DNA from: an uncultured Christensenellaceae bacterium
GTDB lineage: Bacteria > Bacillota > Clostridia > Christensenellales > UBA3700
Direction of reading: 5' to 3'
NCBI GenBank assembly: GCA_944376205.1
Contig: CALWBV010000001.1
Location: 54,512-118,511 of the forward strand
Length of the DNA: 64,000 nt
Shown here: piece by piece, positions 29,782-40,885 of the stretch
Numbering within the stretch: position 1 is the first letter of the stretch
Layout of the letters: every line of letters starts with the position of its first letter
Notes under the pieces: generated by a model
Databases searched by the model: none
Told to the model about the DNA's origin: nothing
The model's input: only the letters and a program-made list of their open reading frames with translations
Program-made: the position numbers and the translations under genes

Positions 29782-32412
29782 TCAACAATTTTTGAGATTG
29801 TTGAGTTCGGCGAGAAGTTTTGCCTCCTGTTCTTTATAGGATACGAGTTTCGCCTGTTCTTTGTCGATAAGCGCCTTGGGTGCCTTTGCGACAAATCCCT
29901 GATTTGACAAAAGTTTTGTACTTCTCTCCACTTCTTTGACGATTCTTTCGTGTTCAGAAGTAAGTCTTTCTATCTCTTTGGAAATATCGACGAGTTCACC
30001 GAGAGGTACTGCTATTTCTCCGAAACTACCGAACAGCGAAACGAGTTTTTGATTTATACCGTTTTTGTCTTCGACAAACTCTGCCTTATCTACGCTCGCA
30101 AGTCTCTGAATATATGCCACGTCTTTGGGATTTACATTGCTTGCTACAAGGTAAATATTTACCTTTTTCGAAGGAGCGACTCCCTTCTCCGCCTTCATGT
30201 TACGGATAGCTTTTATTGCCTCCATAGCGTTTGCAAATTCAGCGCTTTCCTTGTTGTAATTATATTTTTTATTGACCTGCGGCCAGGAAGCTATAACAAC
30301 GCTCTTGCTCTTTTTGGAGAGAGGCAGACTCTTGTAAATTTCATCGGTGATGAAAGGTACGAAAGGATGCATGAGTCTCAAAATATTTTCAAGTACGTAA
30401 ACGAGCACGGTAAGCGTATTAGCCTTTTTATCCGCATTGTCGCCGTAAAGCGATGATTTTGTAAGCTCTATGTACCAATCGCAGAACTCCGTCCATACGA
30501 AATCGTAAAGTTTTGCCGCAGCGTTGCCGAGTTCGTACTTTTCGAGATTTGCGCTTACTTCTTTGATTGCCTTGTTAAGGCGCGAAAGAATCCACTTGTC
30601 GGCGTTTGTAAGTCTGAAGCTTCCCATTTCCTTGAGACGTACGCCCTTGGAATTGAGAAGAACGAATCTCGAAGCGTTCCAGAGTTTGTTCATAAAGTTA
30701 CGGGCAAATTCAGTCTTTTGATCCGTATATCTCGTATCGTTGCCGGGAGCGAGACCCTGTACGAGAGAAAATCTCAAACTGTCGGCGCCGTAATTCTCTA
30801 TAATTTCGAGAGGGTCGATACCGTTGCCGAGAGATTTACTCATCTTTCTGCCCTGATTATCTCTTACGATACCGTGGATAAGCACTTCGGGGAAAGGAAT
30901 TTCGCCCATATGCTCGATACCCGAGAATATCATTCTGGCAACCCAGAAGAAGATAATATCGTATGCCGTAACAAGCAAACTGTTGGGATAGAAGTATTTA
31001 AGATCGTCCGTTTTGTCGGGATATCCGAGCGTTGAGAAAGGCCACAGCGCACTAGAGAACCACGTATCGAGTACGTCCTCATCCTGATGCATGTGTTTAC
31101 CGCCGCACTTGGGACAAACGCTGACTTCCTGTTTGCTTACGCACATTTCGCCGCAGTCTTCGCAATAATATGCGGGTATTCTGTGTCCCCACCAGAGCTG
31201 ACGTGATATACACCAGTCTTTGATATTTTCCATCCAATTGAAATAAACTTTGCTGAATCTGTCGGGAATGAATTCTACTTTTTTCTTCTTAACGACGTCG
31301 ATAGCGGGTTTTGCAAGAGGTTGCATTTTTACAAACCACTGTTTGCTGACGATAGGCTCAACCGTGGAATGACAACGGTAACACTCGCCTACGTTGTGAG
31401 CATAGTCCTCTATTCTGACCATATAGCCTTGCTCCTGCAAATCTTTGCAGATAGCTTCTCTTGCGGCAAGTCTGTCGAGTCCTTGGTATTTTCCCGCTTT
31501 TTCGTTCATACTGCCGTCGTCGTTCATAACCTTGATAACTTCGAGATTATGTCTCAATCCGACTTCGAAGTCGTTGGGGTCGTGGGCAGGAGTAATCTTA
31601 ACCGCACCGCTACCGAAATCAGTCTCTACGTATTCGTCTGCGATAACGGGGATTTCTTTGTTGATTAAAGGCAGGATAAGCATTTTGCCTACCATATCTT
31701 TGTATCTTTCGTCCTTGGGATTTACAGCTACCGCAGTATCTCCGAGCATTGTTTCGGGACGGGTCGTAGCAACGACAATTTCACCGCTGCCGTCTGCAAG
31801 AGGATATCTGATATGCCACAGATGACTAGCCTGTTCTTTATATTCTACCTCGGCGTCGCTTAATGCGGTTTTGCAGCAAGGACACCAGTTGATTATTCTG
31901 TCGCCCTTATAGATAAGTCCTTTGTTATAAAGATTTACAAAGACTTCCTTTACGGCTCTCGAGCATTTTTCGTCCATCGTGAAAGCTTCTCTCGACCAAT
32001 CGCAGGAAGCGCCCAGCTTTTTAAGCTGTTCGACTATTCTGCCGCCGTACTTATTTTTCCATGCCCATGCACGTTCGAGAAAACCGTCTCTGCCTACGTC
32101 CTGTTTAGTCAGTCCCTCTTTCTTCATCTGCTCAACGATTTTGACTTCTGTTGCGATAGAAGCGTGATCGGTGCCGGGAAGCCACAATGTGCTGTAACCC
32201 TGCATTCTCTTGAATCTGATGATGACATCCTGTATGGTGTCGTTGAGTGCATGTCCCATATGCAACTGACCCGTTATGTTGGGAGGGGGAATAACGATAG
32301 TAAAAGGATCCTTTTTGGGATCGACTTTAGCTTTGAAGTAGCCCTTGTCTACCCATTCCTTATAGAGTTTATCCTCGAATTCTTTGGGATTGTAAGTCTT
32401 TGCCATTTCCAT
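29782..32412 (-). CDS. valS: Valine--tRNA ligase
   Basis: [31 protein letters not shown]-terminal coiled coil. Confidence 0.98.
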   Translation of the reverse strand: MEMAKTYNPKEFEDKLYKEWVDKGYFKAKVDPKKDPFTIVIPPPNITGQLHMGHALNDTIQDVIIRFKRMQGYSTLWLPGTDHASIATEVKIVEQMKKEGLTKQDVGRDGFLERAWAWKNKYGGRIVEQLKKLGASCDWSREAFTMDEKCSRAVKEVFVNLYNKGLIYKGDRIINWCPCCKTALSDAEVEYKEQASHLWHIRYPLADGSGEIVVATTRPETMLGDTAVAVNPKDERYKDMVGKMLILPLINKEIPVIADEYVETDFGSGAVKITPAHDPNDFEVGLRHNLEVIKVMNDDGSMNEKAGKYQGLDRLAAREAICKDLQEQGYMVRIEDYAHNVGECYRCHSTVEPIVSKQWFVKMQPLAKPAIDVVKKKKVEFIPDRFSKVYFNWMENIKDWCISRQLWWGHRIPAYYCEDCGEMCVSKQEVSVCPKCGGKHMHQDEDVLDTWFSSALWPFSTLGYPDKTDDLKYFYPNSLLVTAYDIIFFWVARMIFSGIEHMGEIPFPEVLIHGIVRDNQGRKMSKSLGNGIDPLEIIENYGADSLRFSLVQGLAPGNDTRYTDQKTEFARNFMNKLWNASRFVLLNSKGVRLKEMGSFRLTNADKWILSRLNKAIKEVSANLEKYELGNAAAKLYDFVWTEFCDWYIELTKSSLYGDNADKKANTLTVLVYVLENILRLMHPFVPFITDEIYKSLPLSKKSKSVVIASWPQVNKKYNYNKESAEFANAMEAIKAIRNMKAEKGVAPSKKVNIYLVASNVNPKDVAYIQRLASVDKAEFVEDKNGINQKLVSLFGSFGEIAVPLGELVDISKEIERLTSEHERIVKEVERSTKLLSNQGFVAKAPKALIDKEQAKLVSYKEQEAKLLAELNNLKNC

Positions 32413-32458
32413 AATAATTTCCTCTTTCCTTTATATACCTCTGAAAATCTTTTACTTA

Positions 32459-32719
32459 TCAATACTGCATTTTTATTATCGCCACAAGCATACCTATGAG
32501 CATAACGCCGAGCGAAACGTACTTGAAAGCCATGTAAAGCATTTCGACATTGCCGTCCTCGCCTTTTTCTTTGCGTTTTTTGCCTATCGCATCGGCAATA
32601 GGTCTGCTGCAAAAGCTCATAACGAGTCCTACCAACATCAGGCACAGTCCCACTATTACCGCAGGTTGAGTAAATCTGTCCCAGTGAAATTCAAATGCCA
32701 TTGTCAAAAGTGTGTTCAT
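32459..32719 (-). CDS. Small hypothetical membrane protein (2 TM)
   Basis: GGAG SD; two hydrophobic helices; directly upstream of valS. Confidence 0.65.
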   Translation of the reverse strand: MNTLLTMAFEFHWDRFTQPAVIVGLCLMLVGLVMSFCSRPIADAIGKKRKEKGEDGNVEMLYMAFKYVSLGVMLIGMLVAIIKMQY

Positions 32720-32870
32720 ATCTTCTCCGATTCAATAAAATACAGTTCAAATTAATCTTCAGTCACTCGTGCAATATCGCAAATCAGACAGCGTGTGTAA
32801 TTATTTATGTCTTATTCGGTTATTGCTTTGTCGTACGTTATGACCGTCTTTAGCGATTTAGCGACTTTTC

Positions 32871-33599
32871 TCAAACGTTTTGAGATGCGTCATTATTGTT
32901 TTCGTCTTTCATACCGTCATTGTCGTCGGATTTTTCTTCCCCGTCGGCAGTAGCTTTTTCGCTGACTGAAGGGAGAGGATTACCGTAACGGTCGAGAGTC
33001 TCGAGTATTCCGCTCTCTCTTATTTTTTTCAATTGTCCGTTGTATATAACGGTATATTGAATTGCCGCAATTATCGCAAGAATGCTTCCTATCGTCAAAA
33101 TAGCCGTATCGATATAATAGACGACTTTGTGCAGTCCTGCAAAAAACGCAAGCGCAATGCCGATAAAATAAATAGCTGCACCGGCTTTTCCGACTTTGTT
33201 GGATTTTTGTTCGACTTGTCTTTTGCTGGCTCTCATATAGTACTTTGACGAAGCACCCATATATATCTCTTTTACTATTATCACGACAGCAAATATCCAA
33301 TGCAAGTTGCCGCAAATACAAAGCATAAGCATGGCAATACACTGAAGAAGCTTGTCCGCAATAGGGTCGAGAATTTTGCCTATGTCGCTGACTTGATTAA
33401 AATGTCTTGCGATATAACCGTCGCATACGTCGGTGATTTCTGCAAAGACAAAAATGCCTATACCTGCCCACAGATACTTGAGCGCCTCTTTATTGACGGC
33501 GTACTCTGCCATCATCCATACAAAGAAAGGCATAGCTATAAGTCTTATATACGTCAATATATTGGGAATCGTAAACAATTCTTCTTTTTTGAATTTCAT
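32871..33599 (-). CDS. CDP-alcohol phosphatidyltransferase (PgsA/cardiolipin synthase-like)
   Basis: TIPNILTYIR and TDVCDGYIARHFNQVSDIGKILDPIADK signature; start MKFKKE with GAGG SD. Confidence 0.9.
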   Translation of the reverse strand: MKFKKEELFTIPNILTYIRLIAMPFFVWMMAEYAVNKEALKYLWAGIGIFVFAEITDVCDGYIARHFNQVSDIGKILDPIADKLLQCIAMLMLCICGNLHWIFAVVIIVKEIYMGASSKYYMRASKRQVEQKSNKVGKAGAAIYFIGIALAFFAGLHKVVYYIDTAILTIGSILAIIAAIQYTVIYNGQLKKIRESGILETLDRYGNPLPSVSEKATADGEEKSDDNDGMKDENNNDASQNV

Positions 33600-33849
33600 A
33601 ACTACCTCAAAACCGTATATTGGTACTTTATTATAGCACATACGAAAAATATATACAATAATTTTAATACAAAATACAGATATATTTATTTTAGATTATA
33701 TAATGCACGTGTTTTATATACGCAACGCAAAAAAAAATAAGTTCTAGTCTTATTTACAAAACTTATTAATTGAGATATTTTTTCATAACAAACACTGTGT
33801 TTCAGGCTCTTTCCCCTATGGACTTCCTCTTTTCCTCTACCCCTATGCT

Positions 33850-33878
33850 AACACTTAATGTCCCGCTCTCATATAATG
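33850..33878 (+). promoter_or_regulatory. Putative SigK promoter
   Basis: AACA-N16-CATATAATG upstream of a YtlA-like ABC operon. Confidence 0.55.
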
Positions 33879-33903
33879 TATTGACCAAAATCAGGAGGTA
33901 ATA

Positions 33904-34908
33904 ATGAAAAAAAGTATATGCATTATATTGTGTCTCGCACTCATATTCGTAACGTGCATAGGCATAATGAGCGGTTGTGAAAAAGACGACCCCAATACGA
34001 TAAAACTCATAGAAGTAACGCACTCGGTATTTTATGCTCCCCTTTACGTAGCGCTTGACGGCGGATACTTCGAAGAACAAGGGCTTACGGTAGAACTGAC
34101 CAACGGCGGCGGCGCCGACAAATGTATGACCTCTGTAATAGCAGGTCAATCCGACATAGGACTTATGGGCCCCGAAGCCGCAATATATATTTACAACGAA
34201 GGCAGAAGCGATTATCCCGTCATATTTTCCCAGCTTACCAAAAAAGACGGATCGTTCCTGATGGCAAGAACACAAATGTCCGATTTCGATTGGAGCGATA
34301 TTGCAGGTAAAGAAGTGATCGGCGGCAGAAAAGGCGGCGTACCTGCCATGGCGCTCGAATACGCAATCAAAAAAGCAGGACTTATCGACGGCAAGGATTA
34401 TACGATGAATTATGACGTGCAGTACGATCTCATAGGACCTGCGTTTGAGGGAGGTACGGGCGATTTCTGTACCATGTTCGAACCTGCGGCTTCGAATATG
34501 CAAAAGGCAGGAAGCGCTTATATCGTAGCGTCGGTAGGAGAACAAGCGGGAGATATGCCCTTTACCGCATTCATGGCAACGCAGAGTTACATCAAAGAAA
34601 ACCGTGAACAAGTCGATAAATTCGTCACGGCAATAATCAAAGCCATGGATTTCGTAAACAACTCCACTGCCGAAGACATTGCAAAGGTACTCGCACCTTC
34701 GTTTGACGGTACCGACCTTGCGACGCTTACCAATTCGATACAAGCCTACAAGGATATCGGCGCATACTCAACAACGCCCGTAATGGAAAAAGCCGACTTC
34801 GAACTTCTTCAGGACGTAATCGTTGACGCAGGAGTAATGACAAAGCGTGCGGACTTCGACAAACTCATTGACAACACGATAGCGGAGGCTTTGCTCAAAA
34901 CGCAATAA
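33904..34908 (+). CDS. ABC substrate-binding lipoprotein, NMT1/THI5 (YtlA-like)
   Basis: Lipobox MSGC; EVTHSVFYAPLYVA, GGGADK, GRKGGVP. Confidence 0.88.
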   Translation: MKKSICIILCLALIFVTCIGIMSGCEKDDPNTIKLIEVTHSVFYAPLYVALDGGYFEEQGLTVELTNGGGADKCMTSVIAGQSDIGLMGPEAAIYIYNEGRSDYPVIFSQLTKKDGSFLMARTQMSDFDWSDIAGKEVIGGRKGGVPAMALEYAIKKAGLIDGKDYTMNYDVQYDLIGPAFEGGTGDFCTMFEPAASNMQKAGSAYIVASVGEQAGDMPFTAFMATQSYIKENREQVDKFVTAIIKAMDFVNNSTAEDIAKVLAPSFDGTDLATLTNSIQAYKDIGAYSTTPVMEKADFELLQDVIVDAGVMTKRADFDKLIDNTIAEALLKTQ

Positions 34909-34927
34909 TCTCAACAAAGAGGTAAAT

Positions 34928-35725
34928 ATGAATACGATTTTACAAATGCGAAACGTATCTTTGACCTACCACACGCTTAAAAACGAAACGCAGGCGGTCA
35001 AAGATTTGAGTTTTGAGGGATACGAAGGCGAACTTTTGGGAATCGTAGGTCCCAGCGGCTGCGGCAAAACGACAATACTTTCGTTGATGTCGGGAATACT
35101 CTCCCCTACAAGGGGAGAGGTACTGATATACGGCGAAAAGGCAAATTGCCAATCCGACCTCACGGGATATATGCTCCAAAGAGACGAACTCCTCTCATGG
35201 CGAACAATACTCAACAACGTGCTTTTAGGTCTCGAAATCAAAAAGATTAAGACGCCTGAAAAAATCGAATATGCACGCAAGTTGCTCGAAAAATACAATC
35301 TCGGAGACTTCAGGGACTTCTATCCTTCTCAACTTTCCGGAGGCATGAAACAACGTGTTGCGCTCATACGTACTCTCGTGCTTCAGCCCAAACTGCTTCT
35401 TCTCGACGAACCTTTTTCTGCTCTCGATTTCCAGACGAGGCTCAACGTAGTGGAAGATGTATATTCGATATTAAAAAGCGAAGGAAAAAGCGCTGTATTC
35501 GTTACACACGACATAAGCGAAGCCATATCGATGTGCGACAGAGTCATAGTCCTTACAAAACGTCCCTGTTGCGTCAAGACAGAAATAGACCTCTCGCCGC
35601 TCAAACAATACTCGCCTCTCAAACGCAGAGAATTACCCGTATTCAGCGGTTACTTCGACAGCATATGGCGCAGTCTTCAGGATACAAAGGAGAAAGAAAA
35701 TGAAAAAGAGATTACGCAAAACTGA
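34928..35725 (+). CDS. ABC ATP-binding protein, NitT/TauT type (YtlC-like)
   Basis: GPSGCGKTT, LSGGMKQR, LLDEPFSALD, VTHD. Confidence 0.92.
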   Translation: MNTILQMRNVSLTYHTLKNETQAVKDLSFEGYEGELLGIVGPSGCGKTTILSLMSGILSPTRGEVLIYGEKANCQSDLTGYMLQRDELLSWRTILNNVLLGLEIKKIKTPEKIEYARKLLEKYNLGDFRDFYPSQLSGGMKQRVALIRTLVLQPKLLLLDEPFSALDFQTRLNVVEDVYSILKSEGKSAVFVTHDISEAISMCDRVIVLTKRPCCVKTEIDLSPLKQYSPLKRRELPVFSGYFDSIWRSLQDTKEKENEKEITQN

Positions 35726-36533
35726 ACTTCCGACATATTCCCCCGAACATGCGGCATTCCTCAAAGGCGAGAAAAAACGCAATCTTATCATAACTCTTTC
35801 GAGAGTCGGAATTCTCGTCTTTGTCATACTTCTGTGGGAAATACTTGCACGTACGGGCGCAATAGACAGTTTTATATCTTCGTCTCCGTCGAGAATGATA
35901 GCTTGTTTCGGCGAACTCGTGAAAGGCGGCGAACTCGGCAGACATATAGGGATAACGTTGTGGGAAACGGTCGTCAGCTTTTTCCTCGCAACCACTCTCG
36001 GAACGCTTGTCGCAATAATTCTCTGGTGGTTTGAAAGCGTGCGCAAAGTCCTCGAACCTTATATCGTCGTACTCAACGCCCTGCCCAAAATCGCCTTGGG
36101 TCCGATAATAATCATATGGATGGGTACGGATCAGCCGGCAATCATAACCATGGCGTTGGCAATATCGCTGTTTATCACCATTCTCAACACATTAAGCGGA
36201 TTTCTGGGCGTGGAAAAAAGCAAACTCATGCTCATGAAAACTTTGGGCGCCAACAAATGGCAGATACTCACAAAACTCGTACTGCCCTCTAATCTGCCTA
36301 ACATCATAGACGCACTCAAGATAAACGTCGGAATGTGTTGGGTAGGCACTATAATGGGCGAATACCTCGTATCTCACGCAGGACTCGGCTATCTTATAAT
36401 ATACGGCGGACAGATATTCAAACTCGATCTTGTCATGACCAGCACGGTAATACTGTGCATACTTGCGGGGCTTATGTACTATGCCGTAGCACTCGTGCAA
36501 AAACTTGTAAGCAAAAAACTCAATCTCGATTAA
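35700..36533 (+). CDS. ABC permease, NitT/TauT type (YtlD-like)
   Basis: LNALPKIALGP, EAA-like loop, GEYLVSHAGLGYLI. Confidence 0.9.
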   Translation: MKKRLRKTELPTYSPEHAAFLKGEKKRNLIITLSRVGILVFVILLWEILARTGAIDSFISSSPSRMIACFGELVKGGELGRHIGITLWETVVSFFLATTLGTLVAIILWWFESVRKVLEPYIVVLNALPKIALGPIIIIWMGTDQPAIITMALAISLFITILNTLSGFLGVEKSKLMLMKTLGANKWQILTKLVLPSNLPNIIDALKINVGMCWVGTIMGEYLVSHAGLGYLIIYGGQIFKLDLVMTSTVILCILAGLMYYAVALVQKLVSKKLNLD

Positions 36534-36607
36534 AATATGCCAAAGACTTTTAGTCTTTGGCATCTCTCTGTCTGAAAGCATTCTCCGCATGATTAAAAAA
36601 CGGCAAT

Positions 36608-37846
36608 TCATGTAGCCGAATTATTGACCTCTGAAGAGTTTTCTCCTTGTAAAGTCTTGTCCTCGCCCCTCTTTGATATCGTCTTTGCACCGCTATTAAA
36701 TTTTGTTTTTCTGTAAGCAAAATACCTCTTTAATTCCCTTAAGTATTTTTTCCTGTTAAAAACCGAACTTTTATCGGCTTTTGCGGTTTGTTCGTCGCGA
36801 TAACCGCCAATTGCAACGACACGGTCTTCGGCGTCGCTCGATACATTTGCGGTTAAGGCAACTGTTTGAGATTTCTGTTTTCTTATGTGATCTGCTATAG
36901 CATAGGCTGTCGGCAAAATAAGCATAAAACACAAATATACAACACCTACGTATCCGATAATCGGATAGACAAAGCCTACAGATTTACCGAAATCAAGTCT
37001 TACTCCGATAAATGTTGTGACAACCAGCATCGTTACGCTCACGGCTTTGGGTATCTTTACGCTTTCGTTGCTCTGACAGAGAAGTTTCGCACATCCAATA
37101 AGAGTTGTGAATATCGCAAGATATATTATTGCCCCGCTTACGCCTTTGAGGTCGTAAAGCTTTGAAAACTCGTATATCGGCATGGAAAAATTCTTATATT
37201 CATGAGATACGGAATAAACAAACCCTACCGCTGCCGCAAATGCCGCTGCCGTAAGCACCCCGACGAAAAGACATTCTTTCCAATTAAATTCTTCCTCTTG
37301 TTCGACAAGAAGGTAGCCGCCCGTCATTACATTCATTGCGGCATAAGTGATCACGGGAAACAGTAAAAAACTACCCGCATCGGGAGAATTGCTTTTGCTT
37401 GCGAGAACGAGCAACAACAAGATTATTACGGGGACTATCGCAAGGTTGAATTTGCGCATGACGCCCATATCCAAAATTCCCAAAAAACTTACGAAAAGTC
37501 CCGTCCAAATTCCCACGTTAGCAATGTCGTAACTTTGAGATATTATTTCTTCACAGCCGCTCAACATGCACAAAAAAGTGGCGTATGTGCTGATATAAAG
37601 GCAAATTTTTATTGACACACAAATAGCTTTTGCGATCTTCGACGTAGACTTCGACAGTCTTTTGAAACTTCTTGCCGAATACAAAAAAACGCCCGCCAAA
37701 AGTCCCATAAGCACTCCGCCTGCCAATGCGCTTACAAGTCCGCTTTTGCCGAAATACAACATAACTTCTCTGCCCGTGGCAAAACCTGCGCCTATTACCG
37801 CGCCTATGTACGTAAAACTTACAGAAAAACATTTTGACAATCGCAT
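36608..37846 (-). CDS. YkvI-like membrane protein
   Basis: YIGAVIGAGFATGRE N-terminal signature; AIFTT; about 10 TM. Confidence 0.82.
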   Translation of the reverse strand: MRLSKCFSVSFTYIGAVIGAGFATGREVMLYFGKSGLVSALAGGVLMGLLAGVFLYSARSFKRLSKSTSKIAKAICVSIKICLYISTYATFLCMLSGCEEIISQSYDIANVGIWTGLFVSFLGILDMGVMRKFNLAIVPVIILLLLVLASKSNSPDAGSFLLFPVITYAAMNVMTGGYLLVEQEEEFNWKECLFVGVLTAAAFAAAVGFVYSVSHEYKNFSMPIYEFSKLYDLKGVSGAIIYLAIFTTLIGCAKLLCQSNESVKIPKAVSVTMLVVTTFIGVRLDFGKSVGFVYPIIGYVGVVYLCFMLILPTAYAIADHIRKQKSQTVALTANVSSDAEDRVVAIGGYRDEQTAKADKSSVFNRKKYLRELKRYFAYRKTKFNSGAKTISKRGEDKTLQGENSSEVNNSAT

Positions 37847-37851
37847 ATCAT

Positions 37852-37880
37852 AATATATGTACTTAAAAGCACGTATATGA
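37852..37880 (-). promoter_or_regulatory. Putative SigE promoter
   Basis: TCATATA-N14-CATATATT fits the B. subtilis SigE consensus; ends 5 nt before the ATG. Confidence 0.6.
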
Positions 37881-38010
37881 AAGCATAAAAACGCCTTATG
37901 CAAAAATATTGGATATTTCATAATCTGTCAACTTTTCCGATAAAAAAGACGCACTGCAAATGCGTCTTAACATAGATTTGAAATAATGTATTCGCCCTGA
38001 ATCTGCATAC

Positions 38011-39786
38011 TCAATGCTCTCGGATGATCTTTTCCATTTTCGCCGCATGATAATATGCCGATTGACAGAATTTTTCTTCAATGTTTTCTTCGAGATTATT
38101 GACCATATCCTCTTTGAAATCGTACAAAAACTGCAAAGTTCCGTTTTTGTCGCTGCAAAAACTGTATATTTCGGGAGAATCGTTCATACCTTCCATCTTA
38201 AGCAAAAGCCAGAAAAAGGCAAGCGAAGGAGCCTTCGAATAGTCCTTTCTCAACAATGAATACATCTTTTTGATAAAGCGTGATTTTGTCTTTCCTTCAC
38301 GCAGGACAGATTGCGCAAAGTACAACGCAAGCACAAACACGATTTTTTCTCTGCCGCCCGACTTGTCCAGGTCTGCGATAGGATTTTTATATTCGTTGCC
38401 CTCGAAGATAAAATGTTTTTTACCCGAAAGCGCTGCAAAACATGCGAGCGCTATTATCCTGACTATATAATAATACTCGTCGTCGACAATTGCGTTCTTT
38501 ATCACAGACGATACCGGCTGATAGCCTATATCGTAAAGTTTGTACATGATCTCAGCTGTCTCTTCCAAAGAAGGAAGTGTATTGGTAAGAATGCTGTTGA
38601 GTGCGATAACGGCTTCTTTCGCACAAAGCGCAAGCTCCTCTTTAGTATTGCAGTTTTTCAATTTTTCCGTAAGCGTAACTCTCAACAAATCGTCCATTGC
38701 CGATTGTCTTTCGAGAGTGAGTTTTAGCTGACTTTTATCTATACCGCCAAACTTTTCGAGAAAATAAAGGTAACTTTTTGCTCTGCTGAAAATACCGTAA
38801 AGGCTGTCGGCTTTGTACCAGCAATCCTCTGCCTTTTCGCTTTCACCCTCATTATAATATATTATACCCTCGAGCAAATACCTCTCTTCCGAACAGTCCT
38901 TTTCGTCAAACGGGTTATTCTTGCAAAGCGTATGCCACAGTTCGTCCTCGTCCTCTTTGATGAGTACGGAAAGTTCGACCAAGTCATCTGTACCGAGGTC
39001 TTTTTTTGAGGACAAAAATTCTTTGATGGTATTGTATTCTCGCATATTGCCCTTGCTCTTTTCTATGAGCATAAGATCGACCATAGCCTGAATATAAAGA
39101 TTTTGCCCAATCAGTTTTTCGCAATATTCAAAGGCTTTTTCGTAATCTCCCAGATTCATATACGCTTTTACATAAGTCACGTTTATCGACATGAGAGTAT
39201 GTTCTTTGATATGTCGTCTTTGAATTTTATCGAGAATTTTCACGCTGTTTTGCGCCATACCCGCATTGAGTTCGCCCGTAGCCTGAATATTTGCGACGAA
39301 AGTTCGGTAATCGTTATCCTCGAGACTGTACAGAAGTTCGCCGTCTCTGAAATATCTGACCTGACCGTTGGAATATTCTGCGTAATCTCCTTCCTCGTCG
39401 ATATCGCCGAAATCGACATTTTCGGACTCTCGCAAAAATTTTGCAAAACGCTTTTCTTCGTCCTTGTCGTATTTGCTCATGAGTCTGAAAGCTTCGCTAA
39501 CGCCCTTTGCGTCTCTCATCTGTATGTAATCTTTTTCTAAAAGTCTGATAATATCCTGAATATTATCCATATCGAGAAGAAGTTCTCTCAAAATCTTTGC
39601 CGACAAAAAGTAACTTCCCTTATCTGCATAAAAATGTGCAAGATAAAGTTTTCTGTCCGCAAGTTCTTTTTTATCGTCGATTGCATACAAATTGTAGAGT
39701 ATGCGTTTTGCTATACTCTCCTCCGTCTTACCGTGCCAGAGTTTTCCGTCTGTATATTCGCTTAAAGTATTGGGAAACTTTATCAT
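38011..39786 (-). CDS. Hypothetical TPR-like helical protein
   Basis: TPR-like segments (AYMNLGDYEKAFEYCEK; GIIYYNEGESEKAEDCW); ATGA overlap with hslO. Confidence 0.65.
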   Translation of the reverse strand: MIKFPNTLSEYTDGKLWHGKTEESIAKRILYNLYAIDDKKELADRKLYLAHFYADKGSYFLSAKILRELLLDMDNIQDIIRLLEKDYIQMRDAKGVSEAFRLMSKYDKDEEKRFAKFLRESENVDFGDIDEEGDYAEYSNGQVRYFRDGELLYSLEDNDYRTFVANIQATGELNAGMAQNSVKILDKIQRRHIKEHTLMSINVTYVKAYMNLGDYEKAFEYCEKLIGQNLYIQAMVDLMLIEKSKGNMREYNTIKEFLSSKKDLGTDDLVELSVLIKEDEDELWHTLCKNNPFDEKDCSEERYLLEGIIYYNEGESEKAEDCWYKADSLYGIFSRAKSYLYFLEKFGGIDKSQLKLTLERQSAMDDLLRVTLTEKLKNCNTKEELALCAKEAVIALNSILTNTLPSLEETAEIMYKLYDIGYQPVSSVIKNAIVDDEYYYIVRIIALACFAALSGKKHFIFEGNEYKNPIADLDKSGGREKIVFVLALYFAQSVLREGKTKSRFIKKMYSLLRKDYSKAPSLAFFWLLLKMEGMNDSPEIYSFCSDKNGTLQFLYDFKEDMVNNLEENIEEKFCQSAYYHAAKMEKIIREH

Positions 39787-40628
39787 TCAAACAACCTTTT
39801 GACGTCCTCTTTATTAAAGACGTATTTTGTATTGCAGAATTCGCATCCGACTTCTATTCTGCCTTCTTTTTCTGCTATATCCTCTGCTTCCTTTTTGCCG
39901 AGAGTAAGAAGCATTGCGGCAATTCTCTCTCTCGAACAATTGCATCTGTATTCTTCCTCTATATCGGGAAGCTGTTTGATTTCGAAATGTCCGAAATAAT
40001 AATCTATTATACCCTGTGCGCCCTTTTCCTCAAGAAGCGTAGGTACGTCTGTAAAGTTGCGTGCGATATCCTGAAGTATGACTATCTCGTCTTCCGAACA
40101 ATTGGGCATAGGCTGAATGATAACGCCGCCCGCCTTAATGCATTTGCCGTCCTGAATGTCCACACCGAGAGCGACCGCCGAAGGGAGCTGTTCGGACACC
40201 GTAAAATAATAGGCAAAATCTTCGTCTATATTACCGTTGACGAGATGAGAAAGACCGTTGTAAGGTTCTTTAAGTCCGAAATCTTTGATAATATTGAGAT
40301 AACCTTCTTTGCCTACTATCTCACTGACCGTAACGTCTTTATCGAGAGAAGCACGGGGATTTTCAATATATCCTCTGACCTTTGCGCCGTAATCGCCGCA
40401 AAGTACCATTTTACCGCCGAGCCCGTCGCCCTGTATGATTATCGTCAGTCTGTTGCCGACGCCTTTGAAATTTCCGCTCATAAAAGCCGTCATTGTCAGC
40501 GCCTTGCCCATAGCTCTTGCAACGCTGTCAGAAAATCCGTGTATATCGCAGGCGGCATTGACCAGCTTTGTAGTATCGAGTACGCTTACGATAGCTTTTC
40601 CGCTGAATAAAATTGCTCTTTTTATCAT
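39783..40628 (-). CDS. hslO: Hsp33 redox-regulated chaperone
   Basis: SEQLPSAVALGV, AGGVIIQPMP, and the CNC...CEFC zinc centre. Confidence 0.95.
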   Translation of the reverse strand: MIKRAILFSGKAIVSVLDTTKLVNAACDIHGFSDSVARAMGKALTMTAFMSGNFKGVGNRLTIIIQGDGLGGKMVLCGDYGAKVRGYIENPRASLDKDVTVSEIVGKEGYLNIIKDFGLKEPYNGLSHLVNGNIDEDFAYYFTVSEQLPSAVALGVDIQDGKCIKAGGVIIQPMPNCSEDEIVILQDIARNFTDVPTLLEEKGAQGIIDYYFGHFEIKQLPDIEEEYRCNCSRERIAAMLLTLGKKEAEDIAEKEGRIEVGCEFCNTKYVFNKEDVKRLFE

Positions 40629-40885
40629 ATATGTATCTCCTGTCGTCTCAATAGACCTTCAGCTTGTCATATGGCGTATCTGACATATCTGAAGAATGAA
40701 AGCATTTCAAAATTTGTCTTATATTTATGATATATTTATCGTGCGTGCGTTTGTTTTGCGTGCGCGTATCATAATCAATATAAATGACGCATTTTTAACT
40801 TTGCTCGCACAAACCGTTATATTACAGCTTACAAAAGTTGTTGTCCTCAAAATAAAAATAATTTTATATTCGGGCGAATATAAAA

